Source of the DNA: a virus
Lineage: Duplodnaviria; Caudoviricetes
Virus record (IMG/VR): IMGVR_UViG_3300012983_000044
Location: 8,249-72,248 of that record
DNA length: 64,000 nt
Direction: 5' to 3' (one strand)
This document shows, piece after piece, positions 9,257-19,748 of the stretch. The stretch's first letter is position 1. Every line of letters starts with the position of its first letter. The notes below the pieces were generated by a model. The model did not search any database and was not told where the DNA came from. It saw nothing but the letters and a program-made list of their open reading frames with translations. The translations under genes were made by a program, and so were the position numbers.

Positions 9257-12200
9257 ATGTACCCGATCACAAATGCAGTAAAGGCGCTGTTTGACGCGGA
9301 GCAACGACAGGTGCTTCGCATTACCGGCGCGGACAGGAACGGCAACGCCATTTATCTTACCGAGGCGAACGTCATGGAGGGCGGCTTCAACATTGACCGC
9401 TACTCCTGCAATGGCTCCAAACTTGAAATCGGCACGGCGATTGCCGCCGAAATGACCATCAAACTTGACAACCGCCAGGGCCAGTTTGACAACGTTACCT
9501 TTGAAGGTGCTGAGCTGTTTGTAGAGGTTGGTATTGCCGACTGGACGAAAGCGAACCCGGTTGTGAACTATATCCCCTGCGGATATTTTACGCCGGATGA
9601 ACAGCCCAGGCGATTGAGCACCATATCGCTCAATGCGCTTGACCGTATGACGAGGTTTGACGATGTTCAGCCCTCCATGCTCCCCTGGACGGACAACCTT
9701 GGCAACAGGATCACCGATAACCGCAACAATGTCATCTATTTTGCCGCAGTGCTTGACTTCCCGGCTACGATAGAAAGCCTTGTGAAGCAGCTTTGCGACA
9801 TTTGCGCTGTACCCCTTGCCACTGACCTGACATCCATGCCGAACTATGATTATATCATTACCGGGCTGCCTGACGTTCAGGGCAATATTACGGCACGAAA
9901 TATGATCCAGTGGTGTGCTGGTATTATGGCCTCCAATGCGTGGATCGACTGGGACGGCAAACTGCGTTTTTCCTGGTACGACAATGAGACGGGCTATACC
10001 TTAACGACTGCAAACCGTTATGACAGCGATCTATACGAGAATGACATCGTTGTTACGGGCGTGCAGTGGGTCGATACGAACGACAACAACACAGTTTACC
10101 TGTCTGGAACAGGCGAGTATGTGCTGGATATGTCAGACAATGCGCTGATTGACAGCTCCATGGCTAATGATGTCCTGAACGATGTCTACAATGTCATACA
10201 CAGCTTTGCCTATCGTCCGTTTAATGCGACGGTGGTTCCCGCGCCCTATCTGTGGCCGATGGACAGGATTACGTTTACGGACAAAAACGGCGGCGGGCAT
10301 GTGAGCCTGTTGACGAATGTCAACTTTACCATCAATGGTACGACTGTCATCGCGGCCAACGGCGAGACGGCTCAGACGAGCGGCATGGCGATGCCCAGCG
10401 GCTTTACGTCAGAGCAACTGCAAATCCTGCGCAAAATCCGCCGCACGAATGCCGCCGATCTGAATACGGCCATCGACAATGCGACAAAGCTGATTACGGG
10501 TGCGGATGGCGGCTATGTCCGGTTCATCTATGATGAAAACGACATACTGACAGAGATCGTTATACTGGACACCAACGACCTTACAACCGCGACAAAGGTC
10601 TGGCGGTTTAACAGCGGTGGCCTTGGCTACAGCAGCAATGGCTATGCGGGTCCGTACAAGCTGGCTATGACGCAGGATGGGGCCATTGTTGCGGACTTTA
10701 TCACGACGGGCATAATGAGTGCGAACGTGGTCCGCGCCGGACTGCTGACGGATGCCACTGGCAAAAACCTATGGGACCTTGACCGGGGAATATTCAGGCT
10801 GGCCGGAAACTCAGAGTTGGACGGGCGTCCCCTTACCCAGCTTTTGAGTGACATTGACGCAACAATTACCAGTGTTGATGTCGAGTTTGCACAGAATCAG
10901 AGCCAAACGGTTGCGCCTACGGATGGATGGTCTACAGACGCCCCTTCCTGGGCGGCGAACTATTATATCTGGCAGAGAACCAAGACGGTCACGCCTTCTG
11001 GAGTAAACTACAGTGAACCCGTCTGCATCAGCGGCAGGGACGGCAGCGAGAGCACGCCTGGTTTGAATCAGGCTACGATCTATCTCTACCAGAGATCAGA
11101 CGTTCCCCCCGCAAAGCCAACTGTCAGGGCGCTCTACACCTTTGTCAACGGCACGTTGTCGCCTATACCGTCTGGATGGTCTCGCAGTATACAGACCGGT
11201 TCCGCTCCGTGCTGGGTGACAACTGCAATGGCGATCTCTACCGATACTGAGGATTATATCGAGCCGGGAGATTGGGCAGAGCCTGCCATTTTTGCCGAGA
11301 ATGGCGGTGACGGCAGCAGCATTGACAATATCGTGAACTACTATGCTGTCAGCGATACCACAAACCCGCCCGCTGATTCTGAGTTCTGGACGCCCGGTGT
11401 TCCCGCGCTTTGGACGGATAACTATGGCAATGTCATTACGGCTGGCGCAAGCGGCAACATCGAGTTCATGCCGCCTGCCGTGCCCCTACCTACTCAGACA
11501 GACAGGTATGTTTGGCAATATCAGTTGACGACCTACACGGACGGCACAAGCACGAAGTCCAACAAGTATATCAGCTCCATCCTTGGCGATGCCGGTGTCG
11601 GTATCAGTCAGATCGTAGAGGAATACTATCTTTCCGCAAGCAACACGGAACAGGTCTTTGGTGAGTGGTCCACGGAACAGCCTGAATGGGTGAGCGGATA
11701 TTACATCTGGACGCGGACGGTCATAACGTGGACGGATAACAAGGTCACTACCACTGATCCCGTGCTGGCCCAGGCCATCAACCTCGCCAACGAGAATGCT
11801 GACGGTGCTGTCAACCTTGCCAACAAGGCCATAGACAACACCAACAATCTTGACGCGAGTCTGAATCAGGCGGGCGTGTTTAACCGGCTGACCAACAACG
11901 GCGCTGTTCGCGGTATTTTCCTTGAAAATAATCAGATGTACGTCAACGCTGATTACATCAAGGGCGGCACGATTGACGCGGCGCTGATCGCGGCTGGCAG
12001 TATTATCATCAGTCAGTTAAGTGATAGCGCACAAAGCGCCCTTCTGATCGGCGCTACGGTCAAGATGCAGTATTACCTCAGCACAAGCCCCACAAAGGCT
12101 GAGGGAGGCAGTTGGTCAGATTCGGTTCCTGCATGGAGCACGAACAAGTATGTCTGGACAAAGACCGTAACGACCAAGAAGTATGCGGATAATACTGAAA

Positions 12201-15200
12201 TATCGACTGATTCCAGTGCGGTTTATGACCGGAACCTGACCGCTGCCCTGAGCACGGCTACGTCGGCCTCCAGCAAGGCTACTGCGGCTGAAACGGCGGC
12301 AGGGCAGGCTCAAAACACTGCCAACGCGAAGATCACGACCTTCTATCAGCCGGACGCTCCCACGGCCCAAACGATAGGCGATTTGTGGATTGAAACCGAT
12401 GCCGGAAACAAGCTGTGGCGATGGAATGGAAGTACGTGGGTTGACGTTCAGGATGACGCGATCCAAACAGCGTTGTCGAAGGCTGGCGATGCACAGTCTA
12501 CGGCAGACAAGAAGATTGTCACCTTCGCACAAACCTCACAGCCTGCTGCGACGGATGTTGGTGATCTATGGATAGATACTGCGCACGGAAATAAACTGTC
12601 TCGCTGGAATGGTACGAAATGGGAAGATGTTCAGGACACGGCTATTGCTGCTGCCGCAAGTCTTGCCGGGCAGGCGAAAACTGCGGCGAATAGCGCCATC
12701 GTTTCCACTGTTTCAGTGTATTATCGTTCTACAACAAATACTGCACCAACTATTGATGGCACTACAAGTATCAAAACTGCGGCAAATACATCGGATGTAT
12801 GGACGTATGTCATGCCAAGGCCCAAGAATGGATGCTACTTCTTTACTTGTGAACGCTATCAGTTTGTGGATAACAGCGTGGCGTTTTCGACGGTGAGAAG
12901 CCTTGCCAATGCGACTTATACTTCCGTGTGGTGCTCCGCAAATAACGCAAGTTACATCGACGGTGCCCACATCTACGCTGGTTCCGTCACTGCGGCCCAA
13001 ATTGCCGCTGGTACATTAACTGTTGCCAAGTTGGATGAAGATGCACAAAAGACGCTTATGTCCAGCGCGAAAAGCTGGACGGAGTATTACCTGAGTACAT
13101 CTCCTACTCAGGCTACTGGTGGCACATGGTCTGATGAAGTTCCTAAGATATGGACCAGTGGAAAGTACGTCTGGACAAGGGTTGCCACGCAGTTGACCAA
13201 AGCAGATGGGATAGCTGATACAAACATTATCTATTCTACTGCGGTCTACGACTGGAATGTGACGCAAGCCCTGAGTACAGCTTCCAGCGCGTCAAGCGCC
13301 GCGAATACGGCACAAAACACAGCTAACAGTGCGATCTTCCGCGAGCAGATCATATACAGGAGCAGGACAAACGCTACATCGCTGAATGTAAATACTACGT
13401 GGGTAACGAACGTAACTGGCAATCAAAACGTATGGACTACCACACGCCCGGTCTATGATTCCTCTTATCCTGTGCTTTTTGTCGCTGTCCAGCGGCAGAC
13501 CATGGCTCAGTGGAACAACGGACAGGGGACGACCTGCTCCTGCACTGCGCCGGTGGTTGATCAGACTACGACGGTGATTGATGGCGGACATATCATTACA
13601 GGAAGCATCGACGCCGGAAAGATAAACGCGCAAGACCTGAAGGTCAGCGCGGCAAACATTACTGGAACATTGACGATTGGCCAGTTGCCGAGTGATGTTG
13701 CGGTTGAATCTGATATTCCGGGAAAGGTCAGCGATCTCACTAATGATAGTGGTTATCAGACTGCTTCCCAGGTAACTACGATTGTTGACGGAAAGATTAG
13801 AGCTATTTCAATCAGCGCAGATCAAATCGGAGCTGGCACGATCAACGGCAGTTTGGTCAAAGCAAAGCTGTTGAATATCGTCGATGCGAGTAACAACGAC
13901 GTTATGGCTTTTACCTCGGATGCTATCGTCATTGGTAAAACAACTGACGTTCATATGCAGCTTGACTACAATTCGATGGAGCTGTTTGATAAAAGCGGAA
14001 CGTTGGCGTTGACTATTGGCGATATGCGTGATACCTCTGGCAGGGCAAATGTGTCAGAATTATTTATCGGAAATGGACGTGATGATTCTTTTACCGTAAG
14101 TGGTTCCGTTTCAAGTGTTAATAGTGTAATAAGAGATGGCTCTACGACGACTTCTTATACCAGAAGTGGCAAAACGTTTACCTTTTCTACGACACCGGCA
14201 GATGGTGTAGAAATCGTTATAAACTACAAGACTACGGACTCTATTTATCACTTTAATTATGGAACCATGCGATCCTCTGCTTCGATTGCTGGCAACTGGT
14301 CGTTTACGTCAGGCGAAGCATTGGAAGCATCAGGTTTTGCAAGCCTTGCACAAGGTGAAGCAAATATAGCGAAAGGCAGGAGTAGCCATGCGGAAGGGGC
14401 TTACACTACTGCCACTGGACATGCCTCTCATGCAGAAGGATTTAACACAAACGCGAGAGGCGATTACAGCCATGCGGAGGGTGGCTATACAGTTGCAGAC
14501 GCATATTGCCATGCGGATGGATATAACACGCGTGCGCAGGGCGATTACAGCCATGCGGAAGGGGTCAATGCGGTTGCGATTGGCGAAGGCACTCATGCAG
14601 AGGGACTTGATACAAATGCGGGCGGACATTATAGCCACGCAGAGGGGTATAAGACATCGGCTTCAGGCGACTACAGCCACGCCGAAGGTGATAATACTTT
14701 AGTAAACACGACTGGCGGACACGCCGAAGGATATAGCACATATACTTATGGCCGTTATGCACATGCCGAGGGGTATGAAACAAATGCAAGCGGTGACTAT
14801 AGCCACGCAGAGGGGTATCAAACAACCGCGAATGCCGGACATGCAGAAGGGGTTGGTACGACTTCCACTGTTAGAGCCCATCATGTATGTGGTCGATGGA
14901 ATATTATCGACGCAAGCGGAGAGTTTATTGAGATAGTTGGCGGTGGAACTGGCGATAATTCGAGGCGCAACCTTCGTACCCTCAAAACTACTGGCAACGA
15001 GTGGATCGGCGGTATCCTCACCCAAGCCTCCGATGCCCGCTTAAAAACCGAAGCCGGGGAAGTGCCTGACGTTTCCGATATTCCCGCCCGGTGCTTCAAA
15101 TGGAACGACAAAAAGGGCGCACACGACGATAAGCTGCACCTTGGCTACTTTGCACAGGATGTTGAAAAAGTTGCTCCGTATCTGGTTGAGGATGACGCCA

Positions 15201-15292
15201 TGGGGTACAAGTCCCTGGACTACATTGGCTTTCTGGTCGCTAAAATAGCGAGCCTTGAAAAGCGCGTTGCTGAACTTGAAGCACGCGAATAA
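9257..15292 (+). CDS. tail spike/fibre (Tal-RBP fusion) with SHAEG repeats and C-terminal peptidase S74 chaperone
   Basis: 2011 aa; AIVADFITTG motif, internal duplicated modules, about 12 xHAEG repeats, SDARLK...GYFAQDV S74 signature. Confidence 0.85.
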   Translation: MYPITNAVKALFDAEQRQVLRITGADRNGNAIYLTEANVMEGGFNIDRYSCNGSKLEIGTAIAAEMTIKLDNRQGQFDNVTFEGAELFVEVGIADWTKANPVVNYIPCGYFTPDEQPRRLSTISLNALDRMTRFDDVQPSMLPWTDNLGNRITDNRNNVIYFAAVLDFPATIESLVKQLCDICAVPLATDLTSMPNYDYIITGLPDVQGNITARNMIQWCAGIMASNAWIDWDGKLRFSWYDNETGYTLTTANRYDSDLYENDIVVTGVQWVDTNDNNTVYLSGTGEYVLDMSDNALIDSSMANDVLNDVYNVIHSFAYRPFNATVVPAPYLWPMDRITFTDKNGGGHVSLLTNVNFTINGTTVIAANGETAQTSGMAMPSGFTSEQLQILRKIRRTNAADLNTAIDNATKLITGADGGYVRFIYDENDILTEIVILDTNDLTTATKVWRFNSGGLGYSSNGYAGPYKLAMTQDGAIVADFITTGIMSANVVRAGLLTDATGKNLWDLDRGIFRLAGNSELDGRPLTQLLSDIDATITSVDVEFAQNQSQTVAPTDGWSTDAPSWAANYYIWQRTKTVTPSGVNYSEPVCISGRDGSESTPGLNQATIYLYQRSDVPPAKPTVRALYTFVNGTLSPIPSGWSRSIQTGSAPCWVTTAMAISTDTEDYIEPGDWAEPAIFAENGGDGSSIDNIVNYYAVSDTTNPPADSEFWTPGVPALWTDNYGNVITAGASGNIEFMPPAVPLPTQTDRYVWQYQLTTYTDGTSTKSNKYISSILGDAGVGISQIVEEYYLSASNTEQVFGEWSTEQPEWVSGYYIWTRTVITWTDNKVTTTDPVLAQAINLANENADGAVNLANKAIDNTNNLDASLNQAGVFNRLTNNGAVRGIFLENNQMYVNADYIKGGTIDAALIAAGSIIISQLSDSAQSALLIGATVKMQYYLSTSPTKAEGGSWSDSVPAWSTNKYVWTKTVTTKKYADNTEISTDSSAVYDRNLTAALSTATSASSKATAAETAAGQAQNTANAKITTFYQPDAPTAQTIGDLWIETDAGNKLWRWNGSTWVDVQDDAIQTALSKAGDAQSTADKKIVTFAQTSQPAATDVGDLWIDTAHGNKLSRWNGTKWEDVQDTAIAAAASLAGQAKTAANSAIVSTVSVYYRSTTNTAPTIDGTTSIKTAANTSDVWTYVMPRPKNGCYFFTCERYQFVDNSVAFSTVRSLANATYTSVWCSANNASYIDGAHIYAGSVTAAQIAAGTLTVAKLDEDAQKTLMSSAKSWTEYYLSTSPTQATGGTWSDEVPKIWTSGKYVWTRVATQLTKADGIADTNIIYSTAVYDWNVTQALSTASSASSAANTAQNTANSAIFREQIIYRSRTNATSLNVNTTWVTNVTGNQNVWTTTRPVYDSSYPVLFVAVQRQTMAQWNNGQGTTCSCTAPVVDQTTTVIDGGHIITGSIDAGKINAQDLKVSAANITGTLTIGQLPSDVAVESDIPGKVSDLTNDSGYQTASQVTTIVDGKIRAISISADQIGAGTINGSLVKAKLLNIVDASNNDVMAFTSDAIVIGKTTDVHMQLDYNSMELFDKSGTLALTIGDMRDTSGRANVSELFIGNGRDDSFTVSGSVSSVNSVIRDGSTTTSYTRSGKTFTFSTTPADGVEIVINYKTTDSIYHFNYGTMRSSASIAGNWSFTSGEALEASGFASLAQGEANIAKGRSSHAEGAYTTATGHASHAEGFNTNARGDYSHAEGGYTVADAYCHADGYNTRAQGDYSHAEGVNAVAIGEGTHAEGLDTNAGGHYSHAEGYKTSASGDYSHAEGDNTLVNTTGGHAEGYSTYTYGRYAHAEGYETNASGDYSHAEGYQTTANAGHAEGVGTTSTVRAHHVCGRWNIIDASGEFIEIVGGGTGDNSRRNLRTLKTTGNEWIGGILTQASDARLKTEAGEVPDVSDIPARCFKWNDKKGAHDDKLHLGYFAQDVEKVAPYLVEDDAMGYKSLDYIGFLVAKIASLEKRVAELEARE

Positions 15293-15320
15293 ACAATTTG
15301 TTTAAGGAGGAAAGAACACT

Positions 15321-16322
15321 ATGCAGATTACATCTCTGCCCGCAACGAGCACCCTTGGCGACAACGACGTACTGGCCGTTGAAGTCAATGGCGTTACCTA
15401 CAAGATCACTGGCGCTACTCTTGCGGCTGCGCTCCAGAGCATCGGTTCTCCGCTGGCTGCCGACAAGGGCGGCACTGGCCTGACGGCAAGCCCTTCTCTG
15501 CTGACGAACCTTTCCAGCTCCAGCGCCGCGAATATTCTTGCGGCTTCCCCGCGCCCCGGCGTGACCGGAGTTCTACCGCTGGGCAACGGCGGCCTTGGCA
15601 AGGACTTCTCCGCAGCAGCCTCAGTCGCAGGATTCCACAATTCCATCTTCCGGGGGAAAAACCTGGGCACGTCCCTCACCACGGCGCAGTCCGCGCAGAT
15701 CACGGCGGGAACCTTCGACGACATGTTCATCGGGGACTACTGGGTCATCAATGGCGTCACCTGGCGCATTGCAGACTTCGATCCCTACTACCGCTGCGGC
15801 GACAGCGCCAGCCTGGGCCATCACATCGCCGTCGTCCCGGACAACAACCTTTATTCCACCAAGTGGAATGAGACGAACGACACTTCTACCGGCTATGTCG
15901 GCTCCGCCATTCGCGCCAACATCAAGGCCACATCCGCGTCTGATGCCGGTGCGGAAGAAAAAGTCATCGCTGCGTTTGGCGATGCGCACGTTCTTGCATA
16001 CCGTGCCGAGTACCCCACGACCTATGCGGATGGCGCGGCTACCGGCTGGGCTTGGACGGATGCCCGCGTTGAACTGATGAACGAGGTTGAGGTTTACGGC
16101 TGCAACGTGTGGAGCAGCATGCCCGGCTACGAAACCGGCATTAACAAGCGTCAGCTTTCGCTTTTCCGTCTGGCACCGCAGTTCATCAACATCCGTGCCA
16201 ACTGGTGGCTTCGGAGCGTCAGGTCCGCTACCGACGCCTGCCATGTCAACAACACCGGCTACGCCTCCTCCAACAGTGCGTCCTACTCCCTTGGTGTCCG
16301 CCCGCTTTCCTTGATCCACTAA
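15321..16322 (+). CDS. DGR target protein 1 (probable receptor-binding/tail fibre tip, CLec-type C-terminus)
   Basis: Ends in WWLRS...GVRP variable region matching the TR; directly after the tail spike gene. Confidence 0.88.
   Translation: MQITSLPATSTLGDNDVLAVEVNGVTYKITGATLAAALQSIGSPLAADKGGTGLTASPSLLTNLSSSSAANILAASPRPGVTGVLPLGNGGLGKDFSAAASVAGFHNSIFRGKNLGTSLTTAQSAQITAGTFDDMFIGDYWVINGVTWRIADFDPYYRCGDSASLGHHIAVVPDNNLYSTKWNETNDTSTGYVGSAIRANIKATSASDAGAEEKVIAAFGDAHVLAYRAEYPTTYADGAATGWAWTDARVELMNEVEVYGCNVWSSMPGYETGINKRQLSLFRLAPQFINIRANWWLRSVRSATDACHVNNTGYASSNSASYSLGVRPLSLIH
16192..16310 (+). repeat. DGR variable repeat VR1
   Basis: 119-nt ungapped alignment with 17074-17192; all 13 mismatches fall at TR adenines. 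Confidence 0.95.
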
Positions 16323-16325
16323 TCC

Positions 16326-16342
16326 TGCCGCCTGTGGCGGCA
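16326..16342 (+). promoter_or_regulatory. DGR target-recognition hairpin 1
   Basis: TGCCGCC-TGT-GGCGGCA just downstream of VR1/IMH. Confidence 0.8.
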
Positions 16343-16372
16343 TAACCGAAGCCATGAAGGGAGGGTAGCTGA

Positions 16373-17053
16373 ATGAGCGGTGTACATAAAAGTGAACGTG
16401 GCGAAAGCAAATTTGAAGTTCTGGACCATGCCATTATTCTGAAAAACATGATCCGCGAGCTGAGCATATTGCGGAACTATGGCTATAAGGTACGCACGAG
16501 CAAGACGCCCAAGAACTTTGAGGCCTGGAGCGAAGCCAGCAAGGAACGCTGGAAGCAAAAGGAAGAAGAACGCCTCAAAAAGCTGGAATGGCTGGACAGG
16601 CACTTCCTTGTTGAGAAGCGCAGGCATGTTGAAGATGATCTCATGCGGATGATGCACGGGATCAGCGCCGCCAACGCCATTCAGCGCCCGTCCTCCATGA
16701 CCGAGGCTGATGAAAGACGAATCCAGCAGGACAGAGCGATTGCGGCTTGCGAGGATTTGAGGGTGGATTTGCAGGACATCATGGACACTGTTCCGATAGA
16801 CAAAAACTGGATGACGCATATTGAGCCTGAAATCGTGTCGCAGATCGCTTTGCTCAAAGCATGGCGCAAGAGTGACAACGATATGCGGAAGGCCGTGCGT
16901 GAAGCAGATATGAAACGGTGGATCAAATTCCTGCAAAGGTGTATGAAGGAAGGTTCAGATACGGAGTTTCTGAAAGGAATCTACCATGCGTTTCTAAATG
17001 GTATGGAACGGTGCGAACTGGATGATAAAGACAGAAAAGTGCCGAAACCATAA
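16373..17053 (+). CDS. avd: DGR accessory variability determinant (Avd-like)
   Basis: Helical basic protein between target and TR; MSGVHKSERGESKFEV start typical of Avd-like four-helix proteins. Confidence 0.75.
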   Translation: MSGVHKSERGESKFEVLDHAIILKNMIRELSILRNYGYKVRTSKTPKNFEAWSEASKERWKQKEEERLKKLEWLDRHFLVEKRRHVEDDLMRMMHGISAANAIQRPSSMTEADERRIQQDRAIAACEDLRVDLQDIMDTVPIDKNWMTHIEPEIVSQIALLKAWRKSDNDMRKAVREADMKRWIKFLQRCMKEGSDTEFLKGIYHAFLNGMERCELDDKDRKVPKP

Positions 17054-17073
17054 ACGTCTATGGGCAAACCTTG

Positions 17074-17192
17074 TACGTGCCAACTGGTGGCTTCGGAGCG
17101 TCAGGTCCGCTACCAACGCCTGCAATGTCAACAACAACGGCAACGCCAACAACAACAGTGCGTCCAACTCCAATGGTGTCCGCCCGATTTCC
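17074..17192 (+). ncRNA. DGR template repeat (TR)
   Basis: AAC/AAT-rich (12 AAY codons in target frame); matches VR1 and VR2 except at adenines. Confidence 0.95.
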
Positions 17193-17331
17193 GTCCGCTT
17201 GCTCTGTTTGCAGTAATTGAAACAGATAGCGAAGGAAAGGAAGGTTTGTCCAGCCTGGAGCAATCCAGCGAATAGAGCATGTAGCCCGAACATCCGGCTA
17301 TGGCCGATGATGAGATGGGTGAGGACTTTTT
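17193..17331 (+). ncRNA. structured spacer between TR and RT (DGR RNA 3' element)
   Basis: Stem-loops CTGTTT/AAACAG, CTGGA-GCAA-TCCAG, TAGCC/GGCTA. Confidence 0.55.
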
Positions 17332-18630
17332 ATGAGTGTATTTGAGATGGATAGCCTTTCATGGGACAGTCTGCCGGAAGCGCAGCAAACCGCCCATGAA
17401 TGGAATGACTTGGGGGAACCGAGAGAGTACAGCGTCATTTCCGACGCAAACACGCTGTGGGATGCTGCAAACAGCGCCAGGAAGGGAACTTCCTGGAAAG
17501 AGAGCGTCCAGAAGTTTTGGTGGTATCGTCTGACACGCATTGCTCAAATGCAGGATGGGTTGTACCGCTTGGAGCACGGCATGGATAATTCCTATTACCC
17601 CAAGCCTGGTTATGAGTTCATGTTGAATGAGCGTGGGCGCATGCGTCCGATCTGCGGTCAGATAGTGGATGACAGGGTTGTCAGTCACGCTTTGAATGAC
17701 GCGGTGCTCATCCCGGCAATCAGGCCGTATCTGATTTACGACAATGGCGCAAGCCTGAAAGACCGTGGCGTTGATTTCTCGCGCCGTAGATTGCTGGTCC
17801 ATCTTCACAGATATTTCCAGCGCAACGGAACGAACGTTGGATATATACGGATGAAGGATCAGAGTAAATATTATGACAACATTCGCCATGACAGACTGCG
17901 CGAGATCATAAGCCGTTTTACTGACGATCCCCTGGCGCTGAAACTTGTACATATTTTGCTGCTTGAAAGCCGGGTTGATGTATCGTATATGAGCGATGAG
18001 GAATACGCTGAAAGCATGGATGTCAAGTTTGACAGAGTGTCATACCGGGCGATGAACTACCCCAGGACCGGCAAACGGAAACTCTGCAAGGGCATGAACG
18101 TTGGCGATCAATTTAGTCAAACGGCTGGAATCGTCTATCCATACCAGGTAGATAGCTATGCCAAGACGGTTCTCGGCAGCAAATACTACGCGAGATATAT
18201 GGATGACAGCTACGACATTGACAGCGATCTTTCTGTACTGAGGCGACGGGCAACCCTGATCGACAAGAAGGCAGACACGCTTGGCATGTATACGAATGTT
18301 CGGAAAACGTGCATTGCAAGGCTTGACAAGGGGTTTGTGTATTTACAGCGCAAAATCCGCCTTCGCTGTGATGGCAGCATAGATGTCAAACTCAGGCCGA
18401 AGGCCGTAACGAGGATCAAGCGCAGAATCCGAAAACTGCGTGAAAAAGTCCAGAGCGGGAAAGTCCCTCTCCTGGACATGGCAAACATGGTGAAAAGCTG
18501 GATATGTGCAAGGCGCGACTGCCTTACCTATCCCCAGCTTCGCACAATAGAACTGACTGTTTTATCAATTTACGGGAGGGAAGCATATGAATACGTTTAC
18601 GATCACTCTGAGCAATGGTCGGCAGTTTAG
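17332..18630 (+). CDS. DGR reverse transcriptase
   Basis: GMNVGDQFSQ and YARYMDD motifs; adjacent to avd and TR. Confidence 0.95.
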   Translation: MSVFEMDSLSWDSLPEAQQTAHEWNDLGEPREYSVISDANTLWDAANSARKGTSWKESVQKFWWYRLTRIAQMQDGLYRLEHGMDNSYYPKPGYEFMLNERGRMRPICGQIVDDRVVSHALNDAVLIPAIRPYLIYDNGASLKDRGVDFSRRRLLVHLHRYFQRNGTNVGYIRMKDQSKYYDNIRHDRLREIISRFTDDPLALKLVHILLLESRVDVSYMSDEEYAESMDVKFDRVSYRAMNYPRTGKRKLCKGMNVGDQFSQTAGIVYPYQVDSYAKTVLGSKYYARYMDDSYDIDSDLSVLRRRATLIDKKADTLGMYTNVRKTCIARLDKGFVYLQRKIRLRCDGSIDVKLRPKAVTRIKRRIRKLREKVQSGKVPLLDMANMVKSWICARRDCLTYPQLRTIELTVLSIYGREAYEYVYDHSEQWSAV

Positions 18631-18928
18631 CGGCATTACGATGAACGGCAGTATGTTCGTCAGTAAGACTGAGATCACTGCCGATGACCTGAGCAGGGCG
18701 GCTCTGAAAACCGTCACCATCGCTGAGACTGACGGCGACAAGACCACAACCAGCACCCTTGCAAACGCTGTTTGCGACGCGATCCTGCACTGGCCGGAGG
18801 GCTGGCTGTTCAACATCCGGGAAATGTCTGAGGTCGAAAGCAATAAGGCCCGGATCGAGTCTCTGCTGGACGACCTGACCAACACGCAGATGGCCCTCTG
18901 CGATGTCTACGAAATGATTGGAGGTTAA
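18587..18928 (+). CDS. hypothetical protein
   Basis: 113-aa ORF with coiled-coil C-terminus; typical of the post-tail region. Confidence 0.6.
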   Translation: MNTFTITLSNGRQFSGITMNGSMFVSKTEITADDLSRAALKTVTIAETDGDKTTTSTLANAVCDAILHWPEGWLFNIREMSEVESNKARIESLLDDLTNTQMALCDVYEMIGG

Positions 18929-18934
18929 AAGAAT

Positions 18935-19042
18935 ATGGCACAGATTTACGCAAGCCTGATTCGGAAAGGGATGAAAACCCTCGATGATGTTCCCGAGGCG
19001 CTTCGTGAAGCAGTTCGGAAACTGCTTGAAGGAGATACTTAA
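18935..19042 (+). CDS. CD1375-like small protein (copy 1)
   Basis: MAQIYASLIRKGMKTLDDVPEALREAVRKLL; RBS GGAGG upstream. Confidence 0.7.
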   Translation: MAQIYASLIRKGMKTLDDVPEALREAVRKLLEGDT

Positions 19043-19082
19043 TCAAATCATCCTCTGGATGCTTGGAAAGGTGGTGGAAGAT

Positions 19083-19208
19083 GTGGCTATCGTTTACGCG
19101 ACACTGATTATCAAGGGCCGCAAGACTTTTGCGGATGTCCCCGATACTCTGAAGGAGCAGGTCCGTCAGATTCTCATTGATCTCGATGTGCCTGAGCTGG
19201 CCGAGTAA
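19083..19208 (+). CDS. CD1375-like small protein (copy 2)
   Basis: MAIVYATLIIKGRKTFADVPDTLKEQVRQIL; GTG start; paralogous to previous ORF. Confidence 0.7.
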   Translation: MAIVYATLIIKGRKTFADVPDTLKEQVRQILIDLDVPELAE

Positions 19209-19292
19209 TTACGTCTACTCTGTGGCTGTGGGAGCGCCTGGTTTATCAGGCTTTCCCATGGCCTGTAATCACGAAGCGAGGATTGATATAAA

Positions 19293-19748
19293 GTGATGTG
19301 TAAGTACGGGGATGCTGGCTTTTTGGCGTTGCCGTGGCAGGATTTCAGCGTCCCGCTATACAATGGCAGAGCCGTTAAGGACGCTCAGGCCATTGTTGAT
19401 AGAGAGAACAGCGCGGAGATAAAACCGCGGTTTGGCGGTGGACACTGTGATTATATTGCAGACCATAGCTCTCAGGGCTTCGACATCATCCGGGAGTGCA
19501 AATTCAACACGCCCGCCATTGTACAAACACCGACTTCATCCCGGATTTATCGCTGGGTGGCAACGATGAATGGGCGGAACACTGGCAAGAACCTGATTGC
19601 CTGTACAGGCCAAGCACTGACAAATGTCAAGTGGGCAGACCTTTGTCTGTACACTTGCAATGATGCCGGTGGGAAAAATATCACTATGGTGTTTTTTAAG
19701 TTCCAGGAGGAGCTTAAATACCCCATATACAAGGCAGGTGGAATATGA
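19293..19748 (+). CDS. hypothetical protein
   Basis: 151-aa ORF filling the gap before the endolysin. Confidence 0.45.
   Translation: MMCKYGDAGFLALPWQDFSVPLYNGRAVKDAQAIVDRENSAEIKPRFGGGHCDYIADHSSQGFDIIRECKFNTPAIVQTPTSSRIYRWVATMNGRNTGKNLIACTGQALTNVKWADLCLYTCNDAGGKNITMVFFKFQEELKYPIYKAGGI

Noticed and set aside
15595-16355. 160-aa and 244-aa ORFs overlapping DGR target 1
   Set aside because: Alternative-frame or antisense shadows of a strongly codon-biased gene
16998-17216. 72-aa ORF resembling the target C-terminus (WWLRS..NNNGNANNN)
   Set aside because: It is the TR read in the target frame; TRs act as RNA templates
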